From positions 1-39,411 of the IMG/VR virus record IMGVR_UViG_3300031890_000028: DNA of 39,411 nucleotides; one strand, given 5' to 3'. The notes below the pieces were generated by a model, which did no database searches, was not told the DNA's origin, and saw nothing but the letters and a program-made list of their open reading frames with translations. The DNA is from a virus. Taxonomy: Duplodnaviria > Caudoviricetes. Position numbers and translations under genes: made by a program. Within the stretch, counting starts at the first letter, position 1. The number at the start of each line of letters is the position of its first letter. Shown here one piece after another: positions 1 through 9,953 of this stretch.

Positions 1-471
1 GCCACCGGCCCGCTGAACTGGGCCACCTACGAGACGTTCAAGGCCGCGCTCAACATGGGCTTCGTGCACGGGCCGTTCCACGCCGAGGCCAGCGACGAGC
101 TGAAGTTCCTGCGCAAGCCGGAGGGCCAGCAGAAGGTGCTGCCGCCGGAGACGGGCCCGGTCACCACCAAGGACATCGCCGACTGCATCTCGATCGTCAC
201 CGCCGAGCTGCTCGGCGAGCAGATGGCGGTGTTCATCGGCCAGGCCCTGGGCAGCCAGCGCCCGGCCGGCTCGATGCACCCGGCGCAGACCGACCCGATG
301 CAGCGGTTCGACCCGATGACGTCGGGCCCGAACCCGCACGCGGCGTCCCTGGGCGGCATGGCCCTGTCGCGGGGCCTGCATACCGGCCAGACCCGGATCA
401 GGTTCCCCGGCTCCCGCCAGCAGTCACCGATGATGCCAGGGGGATCATCGAGGCGCCTGAGGCGCTCGTGA
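1..471 (+). CDS. terL: Terminase large subunit, C-terminal nuclease region (5'-truncated by the window edge)
   Basis: Frame 1 is open from base 1 (ATGPLNWATYETFKAALNMG...ELKFL...GPVTTKDIADC). KDxAD is the typical last acidic motif of the TerL RNase H-like nuclease, and the phage context (portal downstream) agrees. Confidence 0.7.
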   Translation, partial: ATGPLNWATYETFKAALNMGFVHGPFHAEASDELKFLRKPEGQQKVLPPETGPVTTKDIADCISIVTAELLGEQMAVFIGQALGSQRPAGSMHPAQTDPMQRFDPMTSGPNPHAASLGGMALSRGLHTGQTRIRFPGSRQQSPMMPGGSSRRLRRS

Positions 472-571
472 CGCTACGATCCCGCCAGGAATAGCCGGCT
501 ATCGTCTGGTGCTAGGATTAATAGCGAATTGTCAGGTCCGCAGGCAATCTATCCCTGGAGAGGAGGACGCC

Positions 572-778
572 ATGACAGGCCGAGTCATCTGCGAGAACTG
601 CAGGCACCCGCGTCCCTTGCACCGCAACGGCACGAGCGCGTGCGCTGCTCGCGGATGCCACGCCGGGCCGGACGGGGGACCGTGCGCCGGCTTCGTAGCC
701 GAGACCAAGACGGCGGTGCCGCTGGCCCGGTTCCAGGCTGCCGACCTGGATGGCCTTCCCGCCGCGTCCAACCAGTAG
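572..778 (+). CDS. Small Cys/His-rich (putative Zn-binding) protein
   Basis: GAGGAGG RBS before ATG 572; CENCRHPRPLH...CAARGC...GGPC. Confidence 0.7.
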   Translation: MTGRVICENCRHPRPLHRNGTSACAARGCHAGPDGGPCAGFVAETKTAVPLARFQAADLDGLPAASNQ

Positions 779-824
779 TACCCCTGGCGAAGCGCTCCAC
801 CCCGGAAGCCTTGAGGAGGTTGCC

Positions 825-3800
825 GTGGCCGACGTCCTGGAGCACTTCACCGCCGCCCGTCCCCCGCGCGGGCAGGAAACCTGCGCCTGCTGTGAGGGTG
901 ACGGCGTGCACGGGACGCGCGCCTGCGCCCGCTGCGACGGTACCGGCTTCGTCCGCAAGGGCTCGGACGACCCGTTCTGCCCCGGCCGCGAGGACGACCG
1001 TCCCGTCCCGGCGCGCCGCCACTGGCGCGAGGGCGCCCGGCGCGATCCCTGGCATGGCGAGGGCCCCTGGTACCACGGCACCCCTGAGGAGCTGGCCGAG
1101 GGCGACGTCATCCAGCCTGGCGATGTGGTGGGCAAGCAGCACATGGGCCGTGGCTCGGACTCGACCCGGGCCTGGGTCACCAACGACCCCTGGAAGGCCT
1201 CGTCCTACGGCACGAACATCTACGAGGTCGAGCCCAGCGTGCGCCCCAAGTCGATGTACGCCCGCCATCACGAGCACTACCTGCCCGAAGGCGGTACGGC
1301 CCGGGTGATCCGCCAGGTGCCCTACGCCGAGGCCACCGAGCTGAGCCCGGAGTACCAGCGCGGCAAGCGCGCCATGGAGAAGCAGATCCGCCAGCAGCGC
1401 AGGGGCGTGTTGGCCGGTCGCCCGCAGTACGGGCCCAGGCCCGAGTACCGGGGACCGCCCGAGGGCGCCGGCGAGGACGAGCAGATGGCGCACTTCGAGC
1501 GCGCCCGCGCCGAGCGCAACGCCTGGAGCGCGCACGTCAAGCGCGGCCTGTCCCTGGGTCACCTGTCAGCGGAACAGGCCAAGGGGCTGAACTACTACTT
1601 CGGCGGCCACGAGACCGATGCTCGCGGCGAGCCCGGCTGGCAGCCGCTGCCGCGCGAGATGTACCACGCCACCACCGACCTGCCCTCAGTGCGGGCACAC
1701 GGCCTGAAGACCCGCGACGAGCTGGGCCAGCTGTCCGGGCACGGCCTGGGCGGCGGCGAGTCCGACACCATCTCGGTCACCACCGACCATGAGCTGGGGC
1801 GCGGCATCCTGGCGTCCCTGCACGAGTTCCACGACGTGGTGAACGGCCGGTACACCCCGCAGCAGATGTGGGCGGACGCCAGGGCGGGCAGGGGCGCCTC
1901 GCGGCCGTTCCACGAGGACATGGCCAGCTACTGGCACCGGGAGGGCTGGCACGAGGGCGACGAGATGCCCATCGGCCTGCACAACGCCATCCACGGCATC
2001 GAGCGCAAGCACACCATGGGATCCACCCAGGAGCGGATGGACGCCGAGCACGGCCCGGGGTGGCGCCCGGCCCGCGATGACGAGGGCTGGATGAGCGGCC
2101 ACACCCCGCCGCAGCGCGTGCACCTGGACTGGGAGCGGCCGATGACCCCGGACGAGCACCGGGGCAACGCCGCCGACTTCTACAAGAAGTTCTCGGCCTT
2201 CCGCGAGCACGCCGGCGGGCGCGAGGACCCGAACTTCTTCATGACCGACGAGAAGGCCTTCGCCGCCAAGGACCCGCGCAATTTCGCGCTGCTGCACGTC
2301 CGGCCCGCCCCCGGCGGCCACGGCTACCCGATGGGCGGCATGCGCGAGTGGCGCACCGGCACCGGGGACGCCCTGCAGGTGCATCACTATGAGCAGCAGC
2401 ACGACCAGGGCCGGCTGCGCACTGCCGTCTTCCGGCATGAGGCCAGGGAGCAGGACTACGGCATAGGCCACGAGCCGGATACCGGCGGGCCGCCGCTGCA
2501 TGACCTGCTCGACTCCAGCGGGACCGACTGGGGGATGCCCCCGGACATCTACGACAACCTGCACCAGTACAACTACGGCGAGGGCAATACCGGCTGGGAT
2601 GCCATGGCCAAGATCCGTAAGTTCCGGGGCCAGCCGGACAAGCGGGTCCGTATCTGGCGGTCGGCCCCGGCGGTCAACCCCGAGTCCCGCAACAACAAGC
2701 GCGGCGAGATCAACCACGGTGACTGGATAGCGCTGAGCAAGGAGAAGGCGCTCCGTGAGTCCTATGAGGTCAACGACCCGCCGCGCGGCAGCCTGCCTGC
2801 TGACCACCCGAACCGCTACCACATCTGGTCGGCGCTGGTCCCGGCCAGGCACGTGCGCAACGCGGACGGCGACATCACCGAGTGGGGTTATTCCGGCCCG
2901 GACCTGAAGGACCTGCCGCACTCCTCCGAGCGGTGCAGCCACCGGGCCCGGGTGCTGCCGGAGGGCACCGAGCGCCCCGAGCGCGTTCCCAGGCGCCGCT
3001 CGTTCTGGGACACCGATTTCGCCGGCAAGGGTCACTTCGGTGCTTATGTCCCCCGGGCCGAGCGCACTGAGAACGTCGCGCACATGCTCGCGCACTACCA
3101 GCCGACCGACTTCGGCACCTGGGCCGAGGTCGACCACAACTTCAACTGGGATGTCCCGGAAAACCGCGAGTTCGTCGAGGACGTACGGCGCAATGGCGTG
3201 CGGCGGCCCATCCCGGTCGATTACGAGTCTGATCCGCCCCGCGTCATGAACGGTCACAGGCGGCTGCTGAGCGCGCACCGGGCAGGCGTCGGGACGGTGC
3301 CGACCCGCCAGCACGAGGGTTTCGCCGATCCGGACGACCCGGATCCGATGGGCTGCCACGGTGACTGGGGCGAGCACGAGCAGTCCTGGGGCCAGCATGA
3401 GGGGACCCGGCAGGTGACGGCGGTGAAGATCTACGACAAGCGGCCGTCCGAGGAGGAGGCCCGCGCCCTGGTCGGCCGCCGGATCGACAAGTCCGACCTG
3501 CGGTACAGCCGGGACCGCTACGGCATGGCCGAGGGCGAGAAGTTCGCCGACCACTTCGGCCTGGTGCCGATCGTCTCCATGACCAGCTCGATGGCCACCG
3601 ACCGCCCGTACGGCAACATGCACTGGGGCGTCACCGTCAAGGGCCAGCCCGCAGGCCGGATCTGGAGCAACTTCGAGGGCACCCGGCACCGCTTCACGCC
3701 CGGCTGGTGGGACCCGGAGAAGGAGGTCTACGACCCGGAGCGGCACGGCACCGACATCGAGACGGGCCACCAGCCGCGCCAGGCAGCACGCGAGCCCGGC

Positions 3801-5438
3801 ATGCGCAACCCGCATACCGGGGGCGACGAGTTCTACCACGGGACGAAGGCTTATCCCGAGGAGCTGGGCGGGCACGGCTTCGCCGACCCGATGGAGATGG
3901 ACTCCGGTGCCTATGAGATGCCGGAGTCCGAGACCGAGGGCACTCACTGGAACGCGCTGCTGGGCACGCACTTCACTGCCGACCACGACATCGCCAAGGG
4001 GTTCGCGGCCGGTGACTTCCAGTCCAGCGCCAACCAGCGCGGCGAGGGCGCCGGCGGGCGCGGTGAGGCCCGCAGCATCATCCATGCCCGCCTCGGCCTG
4101 CGTAACCCGAAGGTCTACCGCTCCGAGCACGACATGGACCACGAGGCCTACGAGCACGAGTGGAAGGCGGGCAACCATCCCTCGGCGCACATCCCGGTCG
4201 GCAGCAATGACGAGGACGAGCGGGCTGAGATGGAGGAGATGTGGAACACCGCCGACCGGCTGCACCGGCAGTACCGCAACCGGATGATCCCGGCCGGGCA
4301 TGACGAGGGCGGGCACCCGGCCCGGACGGCCTGGATCAACAGCCACCCGGACAAGTGGGGTATCGCGAACCGGTACCGGGAGCGGCTGAAGGCCCAGGGC
4401 CATGACGGCATCATCTACGGCAACGAATACGAGCGGAGCAAGCACGGCGGCCAGGCGGACAAGTCCGCGATCGTCTTCGACCCCGGCCGGATCCAGGTCA
4501 CCCAGCAGCATGGCGCCTACGAGGACTGCATGTCCGGCGAGGAGGGCGAGCACCAGCAGCGCCGGGTGCCCGGCCCCGGCCAGATGGAGCTGCGGTACGG
4601 CGCGTGGGTCCCGGGTGAGCGCATTTTCGGTCCCACCTACGGCCTGGACCACCGGCTGTTCGGCGCGGATGAGCAGCTGCGCCCGGCCGTCCGCGACGCG
4701 ATCATGTCCCGCCTGGGCGCCGTGCTGGGCAACGTCATCGGCCCGGACTGGCATGCGGTCGTCACCCCCTGGCTGGCCGGCTCGCAGGTCTCGAAGTGGA
4801 CCAGCCCGCAGCTGGAGGGCAACGGCGACCTGGACGTGCTGGTCGGCCTGTCGCACAGCCATGTCCGGCTGGTCGCGCCGGCCCTGGCGCAGCTGGCCGA
4901 CGAGGAGATCGAGCACCGGCTCAACACGGTGCTCCGCGAGCGGTTCAACATCGACGGCTGGCACCCGCCGTTCGACCCGGACGGCAGCTACGACCTGACC
5001 GGCTACGCCATCCACGCCGCCGACATCCGGCAGGTCAATCCGTACGCCGCCTACAACCTGTCGGACGACAAGTGGACGGTCAGGCCGCCGGACCTGCCGC
5101 AGTGGTCGGCGCAGGACTTCCCGCAGGGCCCGGCGCTGATGCAGCAGGCCCGCGCGCTGATCGCCGAGGTGCGCGCCATCCTGCGGCTGCCCGAGCCGTT
5201 CCGGCGGCAGGAGGCGGAGCGGATCTGGCGCTACATTCACGAGGGCCGGGCGCAGTCCTTCACCCCCGGCGGGCTGGGCTGGCAGGGCACCGGCAACGTC
5301 CTGGAGAAGGCCCTGGACCAGGCCAGCGGCGCCCTGGTCGGCAAGCTCAAGGCCGTCATCTACGGCCCGGACGACGGTCACCCGCACGCCCTGGCCCAGG
5401 GGTTGACCACCGCTGACGTGGAGCCCGCCCATGCCTGA
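825..5438 (+). CDS. Giant polyvalent protein: Zn finger, about 4 ADP-ribosyltransferase-like domains, ParB-like domain, C-terminal Pol-beta-type nucleotidyltransferase
   Basis: Start moved to GTG 825 behind GAGGAGG. Motifs: CxxCxGxG x2; Arr-like WYHGT..GDVIQPG..AWVT..IYEVEP; MYHATT..GLK; RIWRSAP..GDWIALS..EWGY; ParB NGVRRPI..NGHRRL; ART-PolyVal-like FYHGT..GTHFT..NP..GHDGIIY..IVFDP; NTase LAGS..GDLDVLV. Confidence 0.8.
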   Translation: MADVLEHFTAARPPRGQETCACCEGDGVHGTRACARCDGTGFVRKGSDDPFCPGREDDRPVPARRHWREGARRDPWHGEGPWYHGTPEELAEGDVIQPGDVVGKQHMGRGSDSTRAWVTNDPWKASSYGTNIYEVEPSVRPKSMYARHHEHYLPEGGTARVIRQVPYAEATELSPEYQRGKRAMEKQIRQQRRGVLAGRPQYGPRPEYRGPPEGAGEDEQMAHFERARAERNAWSAHVKRGLSLGHLSAEQAKGLNYYFGGHETDARGEPGWQPLPREMYHATTDLPSVRAHGLKTRDELGQLSGHGLGGGESDTISVTTDHELGRGILASLHEFHDVVNGRYTPQQMWADARAGRGASRPFHEDMASYWHREGWHEGDEMPIGLHNAIHGIERKHTMGSTQERMDAEHGPGWRPARDDEGWMSGHTPPQRVHLDWERPMTPDEHRGNAADFYKKFSAFREHAGGREDPNFFMTDEKAFAAKDPRNFALLHVRPAPGGHGYPMGGMREWRTGTGDALQVHHYEQQHDQGRLRTAVFRHEAREQDYGIGHEPDTGGPPLHDLLDSSGTDWGMPPDIYDNLHQYNYGEGNTGWDAMAKIRKFRGQPDKRVRIWRSAPAVNPESRNNKRGEINHGDWIALSKEKALRESYEVNDPPRGSLPADHPNRYHIWSALVPARHVRNADGDITEWGYSGPDLKDLPHSSERCSHRARVLPEGTERPERVPRRRSFWDTDFAGKGHFGAYVPRAERTENVAHMLAHYQPTDFGTWAEVDHNFNWDVPENREFVEDVRRNGVRRPIPVDYESDPPRVMNGHRRLLSAHRAGVGTVPTRQHEGFADPDDPDPMGCHGDWGEHEQSWGQHEGTRQVTAVKIYDKRPSEEEARALVGRRIDKSDLRYSRDRYGMAEGEKFADHFGLVPIVSMTSSMATDRPYGNMHWGVTVKGQPAGRIWSNFEGTRHRFTPGWWDPEKEVYDPERHGTDIETGHQPRQAAREPGMRNPHTGGDEFYHGTKAYPEELGGHGFADPMEMDSGAYEMPESETEGTHWNALLGTHFTADHDIAKGFAAGDFQSSANQRGEGAGGRGEARSIIHARLGLRNPKVYRSEHDMDHEAYEHEWKAGNHPSAHIPVGSNDEDERAEMEEMWNTADRLHRQYRNRMIPAGHDEGGHPARTAWINSHPDKWGIANRYRERLKAQGHDGIIYGNEYERSKHGGQADKSAIVFDPGRIQVTQQHGAYEDCMSGEEGEHQQRRVPGPGQMELRYGAWVPGERIFGPTYGLDHRLFGADEQLRPAVRDAIMSRLGAVLGNVIGPDWHAVVTPWLAGSQVSKWTSPQLEGNGDLDVLVGLSHSHVRLVAPALAQLADEEIEHRLNTVLRERFNIDGWHPPFDPDGSYDLTGYAIHAADIRQVNPYAAYNLSDDKWTVRPPDLPQWSAQDFPQGPALMQQARALIAEVRAILRLPEPFRRQEAERIWRYIHEGRAQSFTPGGLGWQGTGNVLEKALDQASGALVGKLKAVIYGPDDGHPHALAQGLTTADVEPAHA

Positions 5439-8400
5439 CCTGGTAGCGCACTTCACCCCCTCGCCGGACTGGACCTTCTACCACGGCACGCCGGACGAGC
5501 GGCACTGGCAGCACGGGGCGGTCAACGGCATCCACGTCGGCACCGAGGAGGCTGCGCACCAGGCGCTGAACGCCCGGATCGGCCGCCCGCTGGAGGGCCG
5601 GTGGGATGGCACCCGCGAGTACGGCAAGACGCTGCTGAGCCCGTACCAGCGCACTGGCACCGAGCGCGACCTGGAGAACGCCCGCTACCCGAGCGGCCGG
5701 GCCACCTACACGCCGGACGCCTCCGGCCACGCCCACCTGGTGCCGCTGGACGCCCGGCCGAACGTCTTCCCGGTGCGGATCACCGGGCCCATGATCAACC
5801 ACCCGGCAATCCCCGTTGAGGACGACTACGCGAACTCGCGGCTGCGCGGCCAGATCACCCGGGGCAACGCGAAGCGCGGCTACTTCTACCGCAATGTCGG
5901 CGAGGACGAGGGCTCGATCTCGGCGGCCGTCCCCTCGGCCGCGCACCTGGAGCGCCTGGACGCCCCGAAGACGGCCGGGCTGCTGGAGCACTTCGGCGCT
6001 TACGAGGGACCGCCGGGCGAGGGTTTCCCGAACGCCTACCACGGGTCGTCTCGGTTCGGCGGGCGGCCGGAGTGGCGTCACACATGGTTCCATGGCACCA
6101 GGGGTGTCCCGGAGTTCGGCGAGCGCCGCAGCCACGGCCAGGATGAGCTGGCCAAGCCGCCGGATGAGCGCAAGATGGCCGGCGGCTGGGCCCAGCCCAA
6201 TCAGCTGCTCGGCGTGCACTTCAGCCCGCTGCACGAGGTGGCGCACAAGTTCGCCGGATCGGTCAGCAGTACGCCGGGCGCCATCGTCCATGCCCGGCTG
6301 AACTTCAGCAATCCGGCGCACTTCGAGAGCGAGCACCATCTCAACATCGCCATGGCCGACTGGGGCTCCAGGCACTACCCGGCCTGGCACAACGACAAGC
6401 TGAACGCCAGCATGGCCTGGAACTACTCCGACAGCGAGGGCACGCGCCGGGACTTCTCCCGCGCCCCGGATGACCACCGCGAGCTGCGCCGCCTGGGCAA
6501 CCAGGCGCAGTCCCTGCTGCAATGGCACCCGCACATGCCCGAGATCCTGAAGGGCTTCACCGCTGACCTGCGCGGCCAGGGCCATCGCGGCATCACCTAC
6601 GGCAATGGCCTGGAGGGCCCGTACGAGACCGACGCCGGACGCGGCGGCGAGGCGGCCATGAAGTACATCACCAAGCGCGAGAACTGGCCGCACGGCAGCC
6701 CGTACAGCATCTCGGCGATCGCCCAGCCCGAGGACATCCAGACCACTCATGTCGAGCACATCTCCCCGTGGCGGGCCGAGCCCGAGCCGCACGAGCGCAC
6801 CTGGGAGGACGTCAGCGACGGCGACGAGGACGACGCGATGCGCGACCGGGTGCTGGCCTACCACCGTTTCCACGGCGGCGCCTACCCCCGCGACGAGCAC
6901 ACGGTGGCCCGCAGGACCGCCGCCCTGAGAGCCGAGGACTACAAGGGCACAACCGGCAACAATTTCCACATCACCCGCAACGAGTACGGGATGATCCCGA
7001 CGTCGGTGATCGCCCGGATGCCCGGCGTGCGGGGCGAGGTGCCGGGCGAGCACCGCAACATGGACGACGCGGACGAGTGGCCGGAGTTCAAGGAGGACAT
7101 CGCCCGTAACGGCATCCGGGAGCCCGTCTTCATCACCGTGAACCACGGCGAGGAGCCGAAGCTGTCTGAGGGCAACCACCGCCGGGACGCGGCCGTCGCG
7201 CTGGGCATCTCCCATGTCCCGGCGGAGATCCGCTATTTCGGCCACGCCGAGCACCAGGGCACCGTCCTGGAGCGGGCCGGGCACCATGAGGCTGCTGCCG
7301 GGTACCCGCGCCGGGCCTCATCGAGCGGCGACCGGTTCGTCACCTGCCAGCAGGGCCATGAGCACTGGGGCGCGTACGGCGCGGCCGGCCTGCTGATCCG
7401 GCACCGGGGCGAGGACGGCCGGCAGCGGTACCTGCTGCAGAAGCGGAGCCCGTACGTCAACGAGCCCGACACCTGGTCGGTCCCCGGCGGCGCGATCGGC
7501 CGGGACGAGAGTCCCGAGCAGGGTGCCTGGCGCGAGGCGCGCGAGGAGATGGGCTCGATCCCGAAGCACGTCAGGACCCATCATGTCGTCAAGTCGACCG
7601 ACTGCGGCGACTGGGCCTATCACACCGTGGTCGCCGACGCCGGGGAGCACTTCATGCCCGGCGGGCGCGGCGAGACCCAGCACGAGACGGCGGGTGTCGG
7701 CTGGCATACCGCCGATGAGATCGACGAGCTGCGCAAGAACGGCGACCTGCATCCCGGCTTCGCCCGGTCCTGGGATGCGGTGCGCCGGTCGCGCGGCCCG
7801 AGGACAGCGGCCGTCGACTTCCACAAGCCGATTCCGCCTGAGCAGAAGATCTGCGGCACGTGCGGATGGCCGAGGAACAGGCACCAGGAGTTCGACCGGC
7901 TCTATCACGCCACCAGCCCGAGTCACCGGCACAGCATCAGGGACACCGGGCTGCGCGTCGAGTTCGAGCAGGGCTATGGCGTCACCGAGCCCGGTGTCTA
8001 CATGAGCCCGCGTCCTGATGAGCACAACACGGATCAGGACATCTGGGAGGTCGACGCTAGGGGCATGCGCGTCCACCCGGACGATCCGGGCAACCAGTAC
8101 GAGTTCCGTGATGTCGGCGGCTCGCACTTCTCTGCGGAGGACATCCCGCCCGAGCGGCTGAAACTGCACTACAAGGGGCGGGGCAACAAGTGGACCGGCT
8201 ACCCGCCGAAGGAGGCCGTGATCACCCCCAGGACTGAGCACGAGGCCGCCGACATCAGGTACCGCCAGTACGTGCAGCGCATCCACCCGCGCGACCTGAT
8301 GCAGTATGCCCAGCGGGAGGCCTGGCGCATGCAGGACCCGGGCGGGCGCAGGCACATCAGCGAGCTGGCCGAGGGCATCCGCCAGCGCGGCTACCGGCCT

Positions 8401-8634
8401 TCCGAGCACGGCGGGATGAGCGGCGATACGCACAGCTACCCGCCCAGCTTCCCGATCACCTTGTGCCATGACGATGACCAGTCCTGGCTGTGGAACGGCC
8501 ATCACCGGGTCTTTGCGCTGAACGAGGCCGGGTACGACAAGCCGGTGCCGGTGCTGGTCAAGGACTTCCGCACCCAGGGCCGCACGGCTGCCTGGGACGC
8601 CAGCGGTTCGGACCAGGCTGCTAAGGTTTCTTGA
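5431..8634 (+). CDS. Polyvalent protein: 3 ART-like domains, 2 ParB-like domains, NUDIX hydrolase
   Basis: FYHGT..IHVGT; WFHGT..GVHFS..GHRGITYGN; ParB NGIREPV..EGNHRRDAA; NUDIX box GGAIGRDESPEQGAWREAREEMG; Tpt1/KptA-like LYHAT..SIRDTGL..GVYMS..DIPPERL; ParB WNGHHRVFAL. Overlaps the upstream stop. Confidence 0.8.
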   Translation: MPDLVAHFTPSPDWTFYHGTPDERHWQHGAVNGIHVGTEEAAHQALNARIGRPLEGRWDGTREYGKTLLSPYQRTGTERDLENARYPSGRATYTPDASGHAHLVPLDARPNVFPVRITGPMINHPAIPVEDDYANSRLRGQITRGNAKRGYFYRNVGEDEGSISAAVPSAAHLERLDAPKTAGLLEHFGAYEGPPGEGFPNAYHGSSRFGGRPEWRHTWFHGTRGVPEFGERRSHGQDELAKPPDERKMAGGWAQPNQLLGVHFSPLHEVAHKFAGSVSSTPGAIVHARLNFSNPAHFESEHHLNIAMADWGSRHYPAWHNDKLNASMAWNYSDSEGTRRDFSRAPDDHRELRRLGNQAQSLLQWHPHMPEILKGFTADLRGQGHRGITYGNGLEGPYETDAGRGGEAAMKYITKRENWPHGSPYSISAIAQPEDIQTTHVEHISPWRAEPEPHERTWEDVSDGDEDDAMRDRVLAYHRFHGGAYPRDEHTVARRTAALRAEDYKGTTGNNFHITRNEYGMIPTSVIARMPGVRGEVPGEHRNMDDADEWPEFKEDIARNGIREPVFITVNHGEEPKLSEGNHRRDAAVALGISHVPAEIRYFGHAEHQGTVLERAGHHEAAAGYPRRASSSGDRFVTCQQGHEHWGAYGAAGLLIRHRGEDGRQRYLLQKRSPYVNEPDTWSVPGGAIGRDESPEQGAWREAREEMGSIPKHVRTHHVVKSTDCGDWAYHTVVADAGEHFMPGGRGETQHETAGVGWHTADEIDELRKNGDLHPGFARSWDAVRRSRGPRTAAVDFHKPIPPEQKICGTCGWPRNRHQEFDRLYHATSPSHRHSIRDTGLRVEFEQGYGVTEPGVYMSPRPDEHNTDQDIWEVDARGMRVHPDDPGNQYEFRDVGGSHFSAEDIPPERLKLHYKGRGNKWTGYPPKEAVITPRTEHEAADIRYRQYVQRIHPRDLMQYAQREAWRMQDPGGRRHISELAEGIRQRGYRPSEHGGMSGDTHSYPPSFPITLCHDDDQSWLWNGHHRVFALNEAGYDKPVPVLVKDFRTQGRTAAWDASGSDQAAKVS

Positions 8635-8635
8635 C

Positions 8636-8938
8636 ATGGCCCTGCAAGCCGGGCGCCCGAAGATGCGGGCCCGCATGTCGCTGACCGACCGCCAGGCGCT
8701 GCGCGCCCTGATCCTGGCAGACAGGCAGGAAGAGGCCCGCCGCGACGCGGCCGAGATGTACCTGACCGCCCGGTGCCTCATGCACCTGCCGCACCGGTCC
8801 CCGGGGCTGTCCGAGGAGCAGCGCCGCGCCGAGCACGTCAGGTGCAACGGCGAGAGCGCCGGCGATGGGTGTTTGTGTCCCTGGCACGATAGCGAGCAAG
8901 ATGAAGAAGGCGCAGTATCCCCAGCGGACCTGCCGTGA
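8636..8938 (+). CDS. Hypothetical protein
   Basis: ATG 1 nt after the upstream stop; C-terminal CxCxWH motif. Confidence 0.55.
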   Translation: MALQAGRPKMRARMSLTDRQALRALILADRQEEARRDAAEMYLTARCLMHLPHRSPGLSEEQRRAEHVRCNGESAGDGCLCPWHDSEQDEEGAVSPADLP

Positions 8939-9179
8939 GCCGGTAGCGGGCCCGCACCAGGACTACCCGTGCGAGGTCCGCGAGTGGCACCCGGGCCCGC
9001 ACGCCTCGCTGTCCGTCCCGGACAGCGTGAAGAAGCGTAACGCCTGGGAGGCCGCCAACCCCGGCTGGGAGAAGGTCACCGCGTTCGACGACCCGTTCAA
9101 GGACCTGACACGTGAGCATGCCGCAGAAGAGGCCGCAGCCGCCGGAGAAGCCGAGGGAGGCCGGCCGGATCCTCTATGA
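8901..9179 (+). CDS. Hypothetical protein
   Basis: MKKAQYPQRTC..CEVREWHPGPH; operon position and GC3-rich codons. Confidence 0.55.
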   Translation: MKKAQYPQRTCREPVAGPHQDYPCEVREWHPGPHASLSVPDSVKKRNAWEAANPGWEKVTAFDDPFKDLTREHAAEEAAAAGEAEGGRPDPL

Positions 9180-9348
9180 GACCTGGGCGGCGGTTCTCGG
9201 CGGGCAGTTCCGGCGCATCCGGCTGCCGCCCTGGCCCGAGCTGTACCCGGGCGAGCAGGACGCGTTCCGGGAGGCCGCCCACGAGGTCATCAAGAAGGGC
9301 TGGGAGGAGGCCGCCCCGCCGCCGCAGCGCGGCCGGCACCAGCGATGA
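9112..9348 (+). CDS. Hypothetical protein
   Basis: Stop overlaps the UDG start (ATGA); the exact start is uncertain. Confidence 0.5.
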   Translation: MSMPQKRPQPPEKPREAGRILYETWAAVLGGQFRRIRLPPWPELYPGEQDAFREAAHEVIKKGWEEAAPPPQRGRHQR

Positions 9349-9953
9349 TGATGACCCGTGAGGAGCGGATCGCCGCCGCCTACGAGGAGTACGCCGGGCT
9401 GACCGTGCTGGCCCCGCTGGCCGCCCAGTCCCCGCTGGTACCCGGCCACGGCCCGCTGAACGCCCCGTTCGCGGTGGTCGGCGAGGCGCCCGGCGCCGAG
9501 GAGGTCAGGCTGGGCCGGCCGTTCGTGGGCCGTTCCGGGCAGCTGCTGTTCCAGCTGCTGGCTGAGGCCGGCGTGCAGCGCCGCTGGTGCTACGTCACCA
9601 ACACGGTCCCGTACCGGCCGCCGGGCAACCGCACCCCCGAGCAGTTCGAGATCGCCGCCTCGCGCCGGCGGCTGGCCCAGGAGATCATCGCCGTCAGGCC
9701 GGGACTGGTCATCAGCTGCGGCGCGACCGCCGGGCATGCGGTCAGCCCGTCCGCCGGCCGGATCAGCGACATCCACGGCAGGCTTCAGCGGGCCGGCTTC
9801 ACCGGGCCGCCCAGGCCCTTCGAGACCTGGTGGCTGCCGACTTTCCACCCGGCTGCCGCCCTGCGCAGCTCGGGCATCGAGGACCTGATGCGCGAGGACC
9901 TGGCGGTGCTGCGCCGGATCAGCGACGGCATGAAGCTGGTGACGGGCACGTGA
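9345..9953 (+). CDS. Uracil-DNA glycosylase, family 4-like
   Basis: Motifs VGEAPG..E..GRPFVGRSG, YVTN, RPPGNRTP, TFHPAAALR. Confidence 0.9.
   Translation: MMMTREERIAAAYEEYAGLTVLAPLAAQSPLVPGHGPLNAPFAVVGEAPGAEEVRLGRPFVGRSGQLLFQLLAEAGVQRRWCYVTNTVPYRPPGNRTPEQFEIAASRRRLAQEIIAVRPGLVISCGATAGHAVSPSAGRISDIHGRLQRAGFTGPPRPFETWWLPTFHPAAALRSSGIEDLMREDLAVLRRISDGMKLVTGT

Noticed and set aside
1686-8847. Long minus-strand ORFs (1256, 643 and 509 aa)
   Set aside because: Antisense shadows of GC3-rich + strand genes that carry recognisable domains
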